Source: Thermoprotei archaeon (lineage in GTDB: Archaea; Thermoproteota; Thermoprotei_A; Sulfolobales; Ignisphaeraceae). Taken from it: 30,698 nucleotides of DNA. Below, piece by piece: positions 16,125 through 25,139 of the stretch. The notes under the pieces are model-generated. The model saw only the letters and a list, made by a program, of their open reading frames with translations. It was not told the origin of the DNA and searched no databases. The translations under genes and the position numbers were made by a program. Numbering within the stretch: position 1 is the first letter of the stretch; each line of letters starts with the position of its first letter. Where the stretch lies: positions 1-30,698 of the forward strand of contig QMWY01000001.1 of assembly GCA_003661865.1 (NCBI GenBank), given 5' to 3'.

Positions 16125-19016
16125 TTAATGCCAATACCTTCTCGTCCTTATGTAGTTGCGCTCAGCCTCGTAGATAAGCCTGAAGAGATCGTCGTATCCT
16201 TGAGCAATGCTTAGGATCCTCTTGGCGGTCTCAGGTCCAACACCCCTCGCCTCGAGGGCTACAACAGCACGTTTACCATAGCTAAGAATAAGATCTGCTT
16301 CCTTACGTAGCTCACGCATTCTTCTCTTCTCATCATCGCTAAGGTCTGTGGGCTCAATACTACCCTTTCGTCTAAGTAATGATAGCATCTTCTTAACCAG
16401 CCTCACATCGTCATCTCTTCTCACAAGTGCTAAGAATCGCGACCCACAGTGACTACATGTAGGCCATTCTGGCAGCTCGCGGAGAACGTACTCATGTACG
16501 GTGCCGCACATCAGGCAGACCAACTTAACCCTCTTACTCAGTATCCTTCTCTTTACGAGCTCTAGAATTGTCTTCATGGGCAATGAGCTCTGTACGAAGC
16601 GCTCACTCAGCCCGGAGATCGCTAACAGCTCTTGGGCGAGGGGGGAGGACTGAGGAACAACTCTTACCTCTATGCGTAACGTGCCCTTTGTGCGTGAGAT
16701 CCTGCGTAGGTACTCCTTGAGTCCTAGTATGTCGAGCTTATCGCGCATCGCCTCTCTTATAGCCTCTTCCTCAACTATGGTGCCTTTAAGGACCTTGTAG
16801 ACGCGTCGAAGCTCTCTTAGGCTAGTATCCTTCGATACTATACCCATTCTCTTCGCAACTGCAAGCACCCTCCATTTAAACATGGGCGTTTTCTTGACGG
16901 CGCGGACGGCTCTTAAGTATAGCTCTTCATCGCTTAGCGTAGCAATCTTCTCGATCAGCGCCGATAGCGCCTCTGGATGAAGCACGCGGTCAACCTCTAC
17001 CACCACAGCTATAGGGAAGCTTTTGAAGGCAACTGCAACGCCGAACTCCTCCTGGATCATATCGGCTAGTAGCTGTGCAAACGCTTCTGAGCCTCTCGAC
17101 CCCAAGCACGTGTAGATAACGGCAATGGTTCTACTACCACGTCTCCATATCTCGGCCACCACCTTCCTATCGTCAGGAACGCCGTACCCCTTCCTGACTA
17201 TAGACATGACTCCCTCGATAATCCACTTCCGTAACCTATCCGATACGGGATACATCGAGAGTATCTTCTCTGCCTCTTTCTCGCTAGGCGCACCAGCCAG
17301 GCGTCTAAATACTGAGCAGACCTCGCGCGCCACCTTAAGGCTTACAGGGATCATTTCGCCTACCCACTTGGGCAGGCGCGCATTCTCAATCCTTGTTATG
17401 GGCTCTACATAGACAACCCCCTGCTCCTCATCAACTCCAACAACATTCCAGAGCCTACCGCTCAAGACGACCGTGTCGCCATCAGCAATGGTCGCTACGA
17501 ACTCCTCATCTAGGTTAGCCACCTTATCGCCGCTCACCGCTGAGCGAGCTATGAATTGCCTTCCCTCAACGATCATCGTAGTGGTGTAGTAGTATATTCT
17601 CCCACGTACGGTAGGCGTGATCTCATCACCGCTACGCCTCACCAGACCTATAGAGTTAGCGAAATCTATAACCTTCTCAAGCTCCTCCATGGTTAAGTAT
17701 GCGAAGGGCGCTGACCTTCTAAGCAGAGCATAGATCTCCTCAATGCCTACACGACCTCTTTCAAGAGCTATGCCTACAACTTGGTGTACTAGGACATCTA
17801 AGGGGTTAGTAACCACGGGCTCCTTCTCTAGCTGTAGAGCCAGCGTTCTCCTGGCGATCACCATGGACTCCACAGCTTCTACAAGGCTCCGAGGAGCGAT
17901 CACGACCCCTCTAGAAGACTCGCCCTCACGATGCCCTGATCTACCAACACGCTGTATCAGCCTTAGTGCTTGACGTGGAGAGTTGAACTGCACTACTACA
18001 TCCACACCACCAATATCTATGCCAAGTTCAAGACTCGACGTAGCTACTAACACCCTTAGCTCGCCCCGCTTGAACTCCTCCTCGATACGCTCACGAACAC
18101 TCCGCGATAGAGAGCCATGGTGAACGCCTATGGGAACCCCTAAGGCCTGGCTCAGCTTAACGCCTAGGTACTCAGCGGTATCGCGCGTATTAACGAATAC
18201 CAGCACCTGCCTAGCGCTCTTCAGCACTTCTCTCAACACATCTATAAGGATGTCTAGACCCATCGCGATGTCGCCCTCGCTTAGACCCTCAACGTAGCCC
18301 CCTCCCTCGCCCCCACCATCAACGTGCAGAGTGATCCTCTTCTGCTGAGTAACGTCTACTACCTCGTATGGGCGCATAGGACCAAAGATGAACTCAGCAA
18401 GTTCACGGGGGTCGCTGTAGGCGGCGGAGAGAGCGACCCTCTGAAAACCGCGTCTGGTATAAATGCGTAGCCTCTCGAGCGCTACTACGAGCTCAGCACC
18501 ACGCTTGCTCGTAGGCACCTCCTGCGCCTCATCCACAATAACGTATCTGAGCTCGCTCAACGCCTTTCGATAGGACTCGCTTACCAAAATGTACTGGAGG
18601 CTCTCGGGCGTTGTGATGATTATGTGAGGAGGCTTGACCTTATACCTCCTCCTCTGATGTTGGGGTGTATCACCGTGTATAACACCTATCCTAAGGCCTA
18701 GGAACCCGCATAGCCTCTCCATCCTTTTTAATAGATCGCGATTAAGGGCCCTGAGAGGGGTTACGTAAATCACGTAGGTTCTTCCATCAACAACACCCTG
18801 CTCAAGAACCCTTGAGAGTATCGGTAGCATAGCAGCTTCAGTTTTGCCGCTGCCAGTAGGTGCCATGATTAACACATGCCTTCTAGTTTTAAGAATGCGT
18901 GGTATTGCTAAGCGCTGAACAAGAGTAGGCCTTTCATAGCCAAACTTAAGCAGGGCCTCTAGGACCTGCGGATGGAGCTGGAGCTCACGCCAGCACTCTT
19001 CGAGCTTTGCATGCAT
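16125..19016 (-). CDS. lhr: Lhr-like SF2 helicase (aLhr1-type, C-terminal Cys4 motif)
   Basis: APTGSGKT, TPLRALNRD, TTPESL, DEAQE...KRG, LSA, HHGSLSR, ATSSLELGIDIG, QRVGRSGHR, C-terminal CLMC...CSHC and RGVGPETA. Start placed at ATG 19016 (track start 19091). Confidence 0.93.
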   Translation of the reverse strand: MHAKLEECWRELQLHPQVLEALLKFGYERPTLVQRLAIPRILKTRRHVLIMAPTGSGKTEAAMLPILSRVLEQGVVDGRTYVIYVTPLRALNRDLLKRMERLCGFLGLRIGVIHGDTPQHQRRRYKVKPPHIIITTPESLQYILVSESYRKALSELRYVIVDEAQEVPTSKRGAELVVALERLRIYTRRGFQRVALSAAYSDPRELAEFIFGPMRPYEVVDVTQQKRITLHVDGGGEGGGYVEGLSEGDIAMGLDILIDVLREVLKSARQVLVFVNTRDTAEYLGVKLSQALGVPIGVHHGSLSRSVRERIEEEFKRGELRVLVATSSLELGIDIGGVDVVVQFNSPRQALRLIQRVGRSGHREGESSRGVVIAPRSLVEAVESMVIARRTLALQLEKEPVVTNPLDVLVHQVVGIALERGRVGIEEIYALLRRSAPFAYLTMEELEKVIDFANSIGLVRRSGDEITPTVRGRIYYYTTTMIVEGRQFIARSAVSGDKVANLDEEFVATIADGDTVVLSGRLWNVVGVDEEQGVVYVEPITRIENARLPKWVGEMIPVSLKVAREVCSVFRRLAGAPSEKEAEKILSMYPVSDRLRKWIIEGVMSIVRKGYGVPDDRKVVAEIWRRGSRTIAVIYTCLGSRGSEAFAQLLADMIQEEFGVAVAFKSFPIAVVVEVDRVLHPEALSALIEKIATLSDEELYLRAVRAVKKTPMFKWRVLAVAKRMGIVSKDTSLRELRRVYKVLKGTIVEEEAIREAMRDKLDILGLKEYLRRISRTKGTLRIEVRVVPQSSPLAQELLAISGLSERFVQSSLPMKTILELVKRRILSKRVKLVCLMCGTVHEYVLRELPEWPTCSHCGSRFLALVRRDDDVRLVKKMLSLLRRKGSIEPTDLSDDEKRRMRELRKEADLILSYGKRAVVALEARGVGPETAKRILSIAQGYDDLFRLIYEAERNYIRTRRYWH

Positions 19017-19103
19017 TAACCCATGTACCCTAGCTACTCCTGAATACCTAGATACCTTAATAACTAAACATTGGCTTAGAGCCCAATACAAGGGTATTCA
19101 CCT

Positions 19104-19736
19104 ATGCATGAGGGGCTGGTAGCAGCGCTGTACACAACAATTCTCCTGCTATTAGCGATCCTCATATCGCGTAGTGTTTATCCGTATGCGTTCTTCTCTA
19201 CAACCTCACTTATCCTCCTCATGCTATCACTACTGTCAGCAATGGCTCTAGCTCGCACAGCAGGACCCTTGACAGCATCAGCGGTACTGTTATCAGTATC
19301 TACGTACGCTCAGAATCACCACCTACTAATGTTAATCCCGTTCCTACTCTTGGTCCAGGCAGTATGGGAGGGACGCAATGCCTTTACTAGAGATGCTCTG
19401 CTTGCAAGTATACGCACGCTTCCTCGCAATGCTAAGGATTCTATAGAAGAGTACTGTAATAATCCCTTAGGCCTTGTTCAGTCTATGGGCTATGCGCTTC
19501 TGAGTGGCGGAGCATGGCTCCTCGCATATGTGCAGCTCGCCATAGTTCCATCTATCAACCTGTATGCAGCTGGCTACGTGCTGAATACTATAGTAGCACT
19601 TTTAACAGTACCGAGGGGGGTTGCAAGGATTATTGGTTACATTCTGATAGGGGGTTCAATCCCTTATACGGTGCCGCTCGCGCTCCTAGCATTACCGCAT
19701 ACCAAGCACAATATAGATAACCCCCGGGAAGAATAA
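19104..19736 (+). CDS. Hypothetical multi-pass membrane protein
   Basis: 210 aa with about 6-7 hydrophobic segments, divergent from lhr. Confidence 0.7.
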   Translation: MHEGLVAALYTTILLLLAILISRSVYPYAFFSTTSLILLMLSLLSAMALARTAGPLTASAVLLSVSTYAQNHHLLMLIPFLLLVQAVWEGRNAFTRDALLASIRTLPRNAKDSIEEYCNNPLGLVQSMGYALLSGGAWLLAYVQLAIVPSINLYAAGYVLNTIVALLTVPRGVARIIGYILIGGSIPYTVPLALLALPHTKHNIDNPREE

Positions 19737-19802
19737 ACAAAAATAATTCTAGTCACTATCTAGCGAATCGGTTGTGAGATCACTAAGGGAGGTGCCCTAA
19801 GC

Positions 19803-20084
19803 GTGGGTGAGGAGAAGGAGATCATCACCGCCGAAGAGCAAGAGGAAAGCGGTGTTGCTGAAGAGAGTAGCGCAGCAGAGGAATACTTCGCTGAGGAGCC
19901 TATAGAGCTCGGTGAGATGAGCCCCAGCGAGATCGACTTGATGCTTAAGAAGTCAGAGATCTGGGACAAGCTCGTACGCGGGGAGATAAGCGTTGATAAA
20001 GCGAGAGAGCTGTTTAACGAGATCTCGCCTCCAGCGACGGAGGTTAGGAGGCGCAGGAGGAGGCGCAGATCTAGGAGAAGGTAA
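19803..20084 (+). CDS. rpo13: RNA polymerase subunit Rpo13
   Basis: Acidic N-terminus, core SPSEIDLMLKKSEIWDKLVRGEISVDKARELF resembling Sulfolobus Rpo13 (IELLMKNTEIWDNLLNGKISVDEAKRLF, as recalled), basic tail. Near PCNA1-type and lhr genes as in Sulfolobales. Confidence 0.85.
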   Translation: MGEEKEIITAEEQEESGVAEESSAAEEYFAEEPIELGEMSPSEIDLMLKKSEIWDKLVRGEISVDKARELFNEISPPATEVRRRRRRRRSRRR

Positions 20085-20111
20085 CAAAGTTTTATTGCTG
20101 ATCATGTAACG

Positions 20112-20483
20112 TCATTCTTCAACGACCAAATCTAACCCCATATCTCTAATTGTTTCCTCAACCACCCTATCCTCTACCGATCTATCGAAAACTATCGTAA
20201 CGAGCTTCTCGCCATTCTTAATAAGCTTCACCTTATCCACGATCACATTACCCTTTATCATATCGGACACGCTCTTCTTAGGGTACAGGAACTCCTTGAA
20301 CTTCTTCCTCATGAACTCATAGAAGGTGTCGAAATTCCTTATTATCCTTAAAGCGTCCTCAACATCCTCTCCTCCACGACCGAGTCTTTCACGAAGCTTC
20401 TCTATCAGCTCTATAGCGTTCTCAGGAGGAAGCGTTACAGTAACGTACCCCCCTATAACCTTGCGGAGGCGTGCCTTCGCCAC
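20112..20483 (-). CDS. Hypothetical protein
   Basis: 123-aa ORF with GGTGGTGATGTGTG SD and start, divergent from PCNA with AT-rich promoters between. No recognised motif. Confidence 0.75.
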   Translation of the reverse strand: MAKARLRKVIGGYVTVTLPPENAIELIEKLRERLGRGGEDVEDALRIIRNFDTFYEFMRKKFKEFLYPKKSVSDMIKGNVIVDKVKLIKNGEKLVTIVFDRSVEDRVVEETIRDMGLDLVVEE

Positions 20484-20559
20484 ACATCACCACCAGAATA
20501 ATGCCTCTCAATGTTTATAATACCTCAACCTTAAAAACTCTTAACGAAGGTGTAGAGGT

Positions 20560-21318
20560 GTGAGTATAAGAGCTGTTTATCCCATAGGCGCTAACATGAA
20601 AAAGATCGCGCAGGCCAGCTCAGCGGTACTCGACGAGATCCCGCTGATATTTACACCCGACTCTCTCGTTATAGAAGGGCTCAGCCCCGATAAGTCCGTG
20701 ATGATACTAGCAGAGCTCCCAGCAACGACTTTCGAAGTGTACAACGTTTCTGAGGAGGTGAGCATAGTCGCTGATAAGGACGAGTTCACCCGCGCCTTTA
20801 AGCGCGCGACGAAGAAAGACAAGGTGATTTTCGAATATGGGGGTGGACGCGAGCTGAGGATCAGGATAGTGGATGTGAGGAGTAGTATAGAGCGGGAGTA
20901 CACGGTCGAGCTTCGTGAGACCGTCTATGAAAGGATAGGTGAGTTAGGGGTAGAGCTAGAGGTTACAGCTAGGCTTCCTTCAGACGAGCTAGCGAGCATA
21001 ATAAAGGATGCTACGTTAGTAGGCGATGAGGTACTCTTCCAGTACACCTCCGATTCCTCATCCATAAAGATCTCGTCGTTCGGTGAGCTAACCGAGTACA
21101 GGACAGAGCTTAAGCAGTTCAAGCCTCTTACCTATCTCGAATCGCTTGCCAGCTCAGTTAGCGTTAAGTACGGTATAGATCACCTCAAGATCCTGGCAAA
21201 GGTCCTCGACCTAGCGGATGAGGTTACGATCTCATTCGGTCCCGAGAAACCCCTGAAAGCCGTTCTGGACATAGGAGGAGGTGGAAGGGTCGTTCTCTGG
21301 ATAGCTCCTAGGGCCTAG
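20560..21318 (+). CDS. pcn: DNA sliding clamp PCNA (crenarchaeal PCNA1-like paralogue)
   Basis: 252 aa. IRAVYP, LSPDKSVM, FKRATKKDKVIF, KYGIDHLKIL, FGPEKPLKA, VVLWIAPR C-terminus. Confidence 0.9.
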   Translation: MSIRAVYPIGANMKKIAQASSAVLDEIPLIFTPDSLVIEGLSPDKSVMILAELPATTFEVYNVSEEVSIVADKDEFTRAFKRATKKDKVIFEYGGGRELRIRIVDVRSSIEREYTVELRETVYERIGELGVELEVTARLPSDELASIIKDATLVGDEVLFQYTSDSSSIKISSFGELTEYRTELKQFKPLTYLESLASSVSVKYGIDHLKILAKVLDLADEVTISFGPEKPLKAVLDIGGGGRVVLWIAPRA

Positions 21319-22109
21319 ACAACTTCGCAGCCAATCTCATTACAAACCTTTGAGATGACCTCTTTGAACCTCAGCGCATCGTCAAACATGTATATGTTAT
21401 TGAAGAACACGTACACCTTGCCTATGCCAGCATCTATAAGCCTCCTAACTTTAGAGGCAAGGGTTTCTAGGTCGCTATCCGTGTACTTGTAGCGGTAGTT
21501 AACCTCGCCCTTCCCTCCAAGACCGTGAAGCCGTATGTACGCTATGTCCTGACCATCAAACATTACGGGTTCTCTTCTAAGGATGTCAACAACGTGGATG
21601 ACCCTGCACCGCTCTGCTATATCCTTAATAGCCTTAGGATTCTCATGCCATGTACCCCGAGGCTCCCAACCAATAGGTGCTGGGGAGTCACTAACGATCT
21701 CGCAGAAGAACCTCAGCGCATTCTCGTAATGCTCTTGAGAGTAGCCAAAGCTCGGCGGGGTTTGAAACACTATGAACTCGGCCCTTAATGCTTTAGCAAC
21801 CTCCCTAACCTCTCTCCACAACCCCCTGTTCTCATCAGTTGGTCTAAGCATACCTATCCCGTTCAGCACCTTTTTCGAAAACTGACGCTTCATACGCCTC
21901 CAAGTGGGACTTCGAGGAGAGTGTGTTAATGCCTGCCATGCCTTGATAGTTACTATCGCACCATCGGGTAGAGAGCTGCGTAGCCTTACAGCCTCTTCAA
22001 CGCTAGGGTTGTTGTAGAAGGTATTCTGAAGCTCAACAGCTCTCAGCCTTGAGAAGTACCTACTTCTAGAAACCGGGAAGCCGCAGCAGCCAACCACAAC
22101 TAAAGGCAC
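21315..22109 (-). CDS. DUF72-family protein
   Basis: VGCCGF, AVELQNTFY, TIKAWQALTH, VFQTPPSF, WEPRG, YIRLHG, YKYTDSDL, VYVFFNN. Confidence 0.92.
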   Translation of the reverse strand: MPLVVVGCCGFPVSRSRYFSRLRAVELQNTFYNNPSVEEAVRLRSSLPDGAIVTIKAWQALTHSPRSPTWRRMKRQFSKKVLNGIGMLRPTDENRGLWREVREVAKALRAEFIVFQTPPSFGYSQEHYENALRFFCEIVSDSPAPIGWEPRGTWHENPKAIKDIAERCRVIHVVDILRREPVMFDGQDIAYIRLHGLGGKGEVNYRYKYTDSDLETLASKVRRLIDAGIGKVYVFFNNIYMFDDALRFKEVISKVCNEIGCEVV

Positions 22110-22112
22110 CGG

Positions 22113-22664
22113 CTACCCCCCTTTAGTACCTAGGCGGAGCTCCGAAGCTTTAAGGTGTAGGCAGCCGGGTTCGGCTGCTGAACATAGAAGGAGTCTGCCC
22201 ACACCCCTACTCAGAACCTCCTTAACTAAATCCCGTGGTATAGTGCTAGACGCCGCGCCGCCAACACTAAGGATGGCCACACCCCAGCCTTCTCCAAACG
22301 CAGCTACGGCCGTATCCACAGCATTGAAGAACACGCTTACACCGCTGCATTCATCAAGCTGATACTGCTCACGAACCTCTATAGATATGGGGCAGGGATC
22401 CAGCCCCTTACCCCCCTCCCTAAAAGCACGTGCATTCACTACCGAGGCAACTGTTAAGAGGTTAGGGTTAAGTTCCCTGAGAATTCTGCAGGAGCCTGCA
22501 GCCTCCCCTGACGGCACTGTTAGTATGGCATAGCTAACCTCACTAATGCCTACACCTAGCTCTAGCAAGTTCCTCATGAGGATCTCGACTTCATCAGCAC
22601 GGCCAGTGTTCACTAGGATGTTCGAGCATGGAGTCCTTAAGAGGTATACAGGTGCTTCACCCAT
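22113..22664 (-). CDS. MBL-fold-like protein lacking metal ligands (probable pseudo-enzyme)
   Basis: VYLL..., ILVNTG (for vDtG), LGV.ISEVSYAILTVPSGEAAGS (for ILTHxHxDHxGG). ATG 22664 overlaps the stop of the upstream AbrB gene. Confidence 0.6.
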   Translation of the reverse strand: MGEAPVYLLRTPCSNILVNTGRADEVEILMRNLLELGVGISEVSYAILTVPSGEAAGSCRILRELNPNLLTVASVVNARAFREGGKGLDPCPISIEVREQYQLDECSGVSVFFNAVDTAVAAFGEGWGVAILSVGGAASSTIPRDLVKEVLSRGVGRLLLCSAAEPGCLHLKASELRLGTKGG

Positions 22665-23094
22665 CGATAGGGGTCTTCCCAGCACTTGGTAGAGCCCGAA
22701 CCCCATATAGAGATGCAAGCGTATCGACCCTTACCCCTAATACCTGGCCCCCTACGCTCTTCACAGCATCGACAACTCTATCAGCACTACCCCCCTTAAT
22801 AGTGACTCTGCACCTAATAGCATCCCTTCTCACCGCTGAGCATCGCAGGCTCAATAGGATGTGCGCTTCTATAGCCACCGTGATACGAGACAGCGCTTCT
22901 ACTGAGTCTAGCTGGAATTCTACCACCTCGATACTCTCAAAGACCTCGCCCACTGCCACCACGATAAGCCCTGCATCAGGATCCGCGATCAGCCTGACCA
23001 CATCACCCTCATTAATACCCATTGCGATCCTTATGTGGGCAGGTATCGTGATCCGCCCCTTGGAGTCTATGCGTGCGACATCTTCCAGAAGCAT
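22657..23094 (-). CDS. AbrB/SpoVT-type DNA-binding protein with a C-terminal ACT-like domain
   Basis: ARIDSKGRITIPAHIRIAMGINEGDVV swapped-hairpin motif, followed by an approximately 85-aa alpha/beta domain. Start at ATG 23094 after GGTGGTGGGTGA. Confidence 0.82.
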   Translation of the reverse strand: MLLEDVARIDSKGRITIPAHIRIAMGINEGDVVRLIADPDAGLIVVAVGEVFESIEVVEFQLDSVEALSRITVAIEAHILLSLRCSAVRRDAIRCRVTIKGGSADRVVDAVKSVGGQVLGVRVDTLASLYGVRALPSAGKTPIDG

Positions 23095-23204
23095 GGCTTC
23101 ACCCACCACAACACCTCTATATGGCTCATTGCTTAAACGCTGCGCACCTCACTACTAATAAAAGCTTGTTATCGAGAGATGATGTAGGGAGAGGTGAGGT
23201 AGCG

Positions 23205-23957
23205 GTGCTGAGCTTATACTTTGCTGATGCTAGGCTCTGGAGGTATGTGCTGAGGGGACTCTCCGAGTTCCTCGATGTCGTAGGTATACGGCTCCATCCG
23301 GAGGAAGGGCTCAGGATCAAAGCTATGGATCCCAGCCATGTGATACTCGTGGACTTCTCCATACCTAAGACAGCATTCGATAGCTACAATGTTAAGAAGG
23401 AGGAGCTTATAACCATAAACCTAGAACTTGCAGCAAAGGTTCTGAGGAGGGCGACACGCAACGACAAGCTGTATCTTGAGAGCGACGGTACTAGACTAAC
23501 CCTAGGTCTCGTATCTAAAGGAGGTGTTGAAAGGTACTTCATAATGCCCTTGCTATCGCAGAAGTTTGAGGAGATCCCTGAGCTTAGTCTAGAGCTGAAC
23601 AGCTACGCGAAGATCGTGGGCCCCGTTTTCGCAACAGCCATATCGATACTGGCAAAAGCCGGAGAGACCCTCAGGATTACCGCCGATAAGGAGAGTATTC
23701 GGCTTGCGAGTGTTTCCGACCTTGGCGAGGTGGAGTTCGAGTTCTCGACAGCTACAGGGACACTTGTTGACTACCAGCCTCCCGATGAGGAGATCGTCAA
23801 CAACTACTCCCTTGAATACATAGAGCTGTTGGGAAACATAGCTAAGCTTGCCGACATGGTCACGGTCAAGCTAGGGCCTGAAATGCCCATAGAGATAGAT
23901 ATGGAGCTCTCTTCGGGTGCGCAGCTAAAAGCTTATGTGGCGCCTAGGGTTGAGTAA
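23205..23957 (+). CDS. pcn: DNA sliding clamp PCNA (PCNA2-like, priS-linked paralogue)
   Basis: AMDPSHVILVD, KVLRRATRNDKL, NYSLEYI, LGPEMPI, AYVAPRVE. GTG 23205 after GAGGTGAGG gives 250 aa (track start 23073 overlaps the AbrB gene). Confidence 0.95.
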   Translation: MLSLYFADARLWRYVLRGLSEFLDVVGIRLHPEEGLRIKAMDPSHVILVDFSIPKTAFDSYNVKKEELITINLELAAKVLRRATRNDKLYLESDGTRLTLGLVSKGGVERYFIMPLLSQKFEEIPELSLELNSYAKIVGPVFATAISILAKAGETLRITADKESIRLASVSDLGEVEFEFSTATGTLVDYQPPDEEIVNNYSLEYIELLGNIAKLADMVTVKLGPEMPIEIDMELSSGAQLKAYVAPRVE

Positions 23958-25137
23958 GCGTAGCACTAAGAGCAGCACGGTATTGAGAACGTTATTCCGC
24001 GAGTACTACACAAGGGCAGAGCTACTGCTACCCCCGGATTTTCAGCTAAGGGAGTTCGCCTTCCAGCTCTTCGGCTCCTCAACTTACGTAAGGCACAAGT
24101 CCTTCATCAGCGAATCTGAGCTGAGGAGCTACCTAGTACAGCATACTCCCCTCCACGCATACTTCTCAGCGGCGCGCTACCTAGACCCCACACGCACAAG
24201 TATGGAGGAGAAGGGGCGTATAGGAACGGACCTTGTATTCGATATAGATGCTGATCACATCCCAGGATGCGAGGAGGAAGCCGTGACATACTATCTATGC
24301 CCTGAATGCGGAGCCGCGTATACTGAGCCCGTCGATAAATGCCAGCACTGTGGTGCGAAGCCTATCAAACAGGTTTTCATACCGGAAAAATGCATTCAGC
24401 GAGCCGCTCACCAGGCCCTGTTGCTGGTAGACGTGATCCGTGAGGACTTGGGCCATAAGAACATGACCATAACATTCTCAGGTCATCGGGGCTTTCACAT
24501 ACACGTAATGCTACCCGACGACGTGGCTAAGATGGGTAGTGAAGCAAGGCGGGAAATCCTGCAGTACTTGCTAGGCGAAGGGGTGCTGCTTGAAGACCTG
24601 GTGGTTACACATGTGAAGAGGCGTAGACGGATCTACGTAAGACCGCCTCCACGCATTGTGGAGGGCGGGTGGAGGAGGCGTATAGCTAAGTACTTAGCAT
24701 CACATTTAAGAGTGCGCGACATAGCCCTCTTCGTTGAAGGGAGGCCCCACACGATCGATCCCTCTAGGCTCGTAGCCCACGCAGAGGCTATAAACAAGTT
24801 GATTGAAGAGGCTGTGTATGCTATGCGCATATATGTCGATGAAAAGGTTCTTCTAGACCTTTCACGTCTAGTTAGGATGCCCGGGAGCTTGAACGGCAAG
24901 GCGGGGCTCTTGGTAAAGCCTCTTAGCCCGAATGAGCTTCAGGACTTCGTACTAGATGAGAGCTTATCACCCTTTGCCGGGCTAACCCTGAGAGTTCGGG
25001 CAAGAATTTCAATAGGCCCTCTAGAGGTCCTAGGTGAGGTAGTGAGGCTTCGAAGAGGCGAGCTAATGAAGATTGATGGTGCGAGGGGTGTGTTCTTAGC
25101 ACTTAAGGGTTTAGTGGAGGTTGTAGAGGTCGACTAG
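23950..25137 (+). CDS. priS: DNA primase catalytic (small) subunit
   Basis: REFAF, SAARYLDP, DLVFDIDAD, FSGHRGFH, LVRMPGSLNGKAG, C-terminal GINS-B-like domain. TTG 23950 or ATG 23935 start. Confidence 0.95.
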   Translation: MSKRSTKSSTVLRTLFREYYTRAELLLPPDFQLREFAFQLFGSSTYVRHKSFISESELRSYLVQHTPLHAYFSAARYLDPTRTSMEEKGRIGTDLVFDIDADHIPGCEEEAVTYYLCPECGAAYTEPVDKCQHCGAKPIKQVFIPEKCIQRAAHQALLLVDVIREDLGHKNMTITFSGHRGFHIHVMLPDDVAKMGSEARREILQYLLGEGVLLEDLVVTHVKRRRRIYVRPPPRIVEGGWRRRIAKYLASHLRVRDIALFVEGRPHTIDPSRLVAHAEAINKLIEEAVYAMRIYVDEKVLLDLSRLVRMPGSLNGKAGLLVKPLSPNELQDFVLDESLSPFAGLTLRVRARISIGPLEVLGEVVRLRRGELMKIDGARGVFLALKGLVEVVEVD

Positions 25138-25139
25138 GG

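Noticed and set aside
20046-20066. AGGAGGCGC tandem repeat
   Set aside because: Explained by Arg codons of the Rpo13 tail.
21315-21318. Convergent PCNA and DUF72 genes sharing a CTAG for both stop codons
   Set aside because: A common arrangement in compact archaeal genomes. CTAG is abundant throughout this window.
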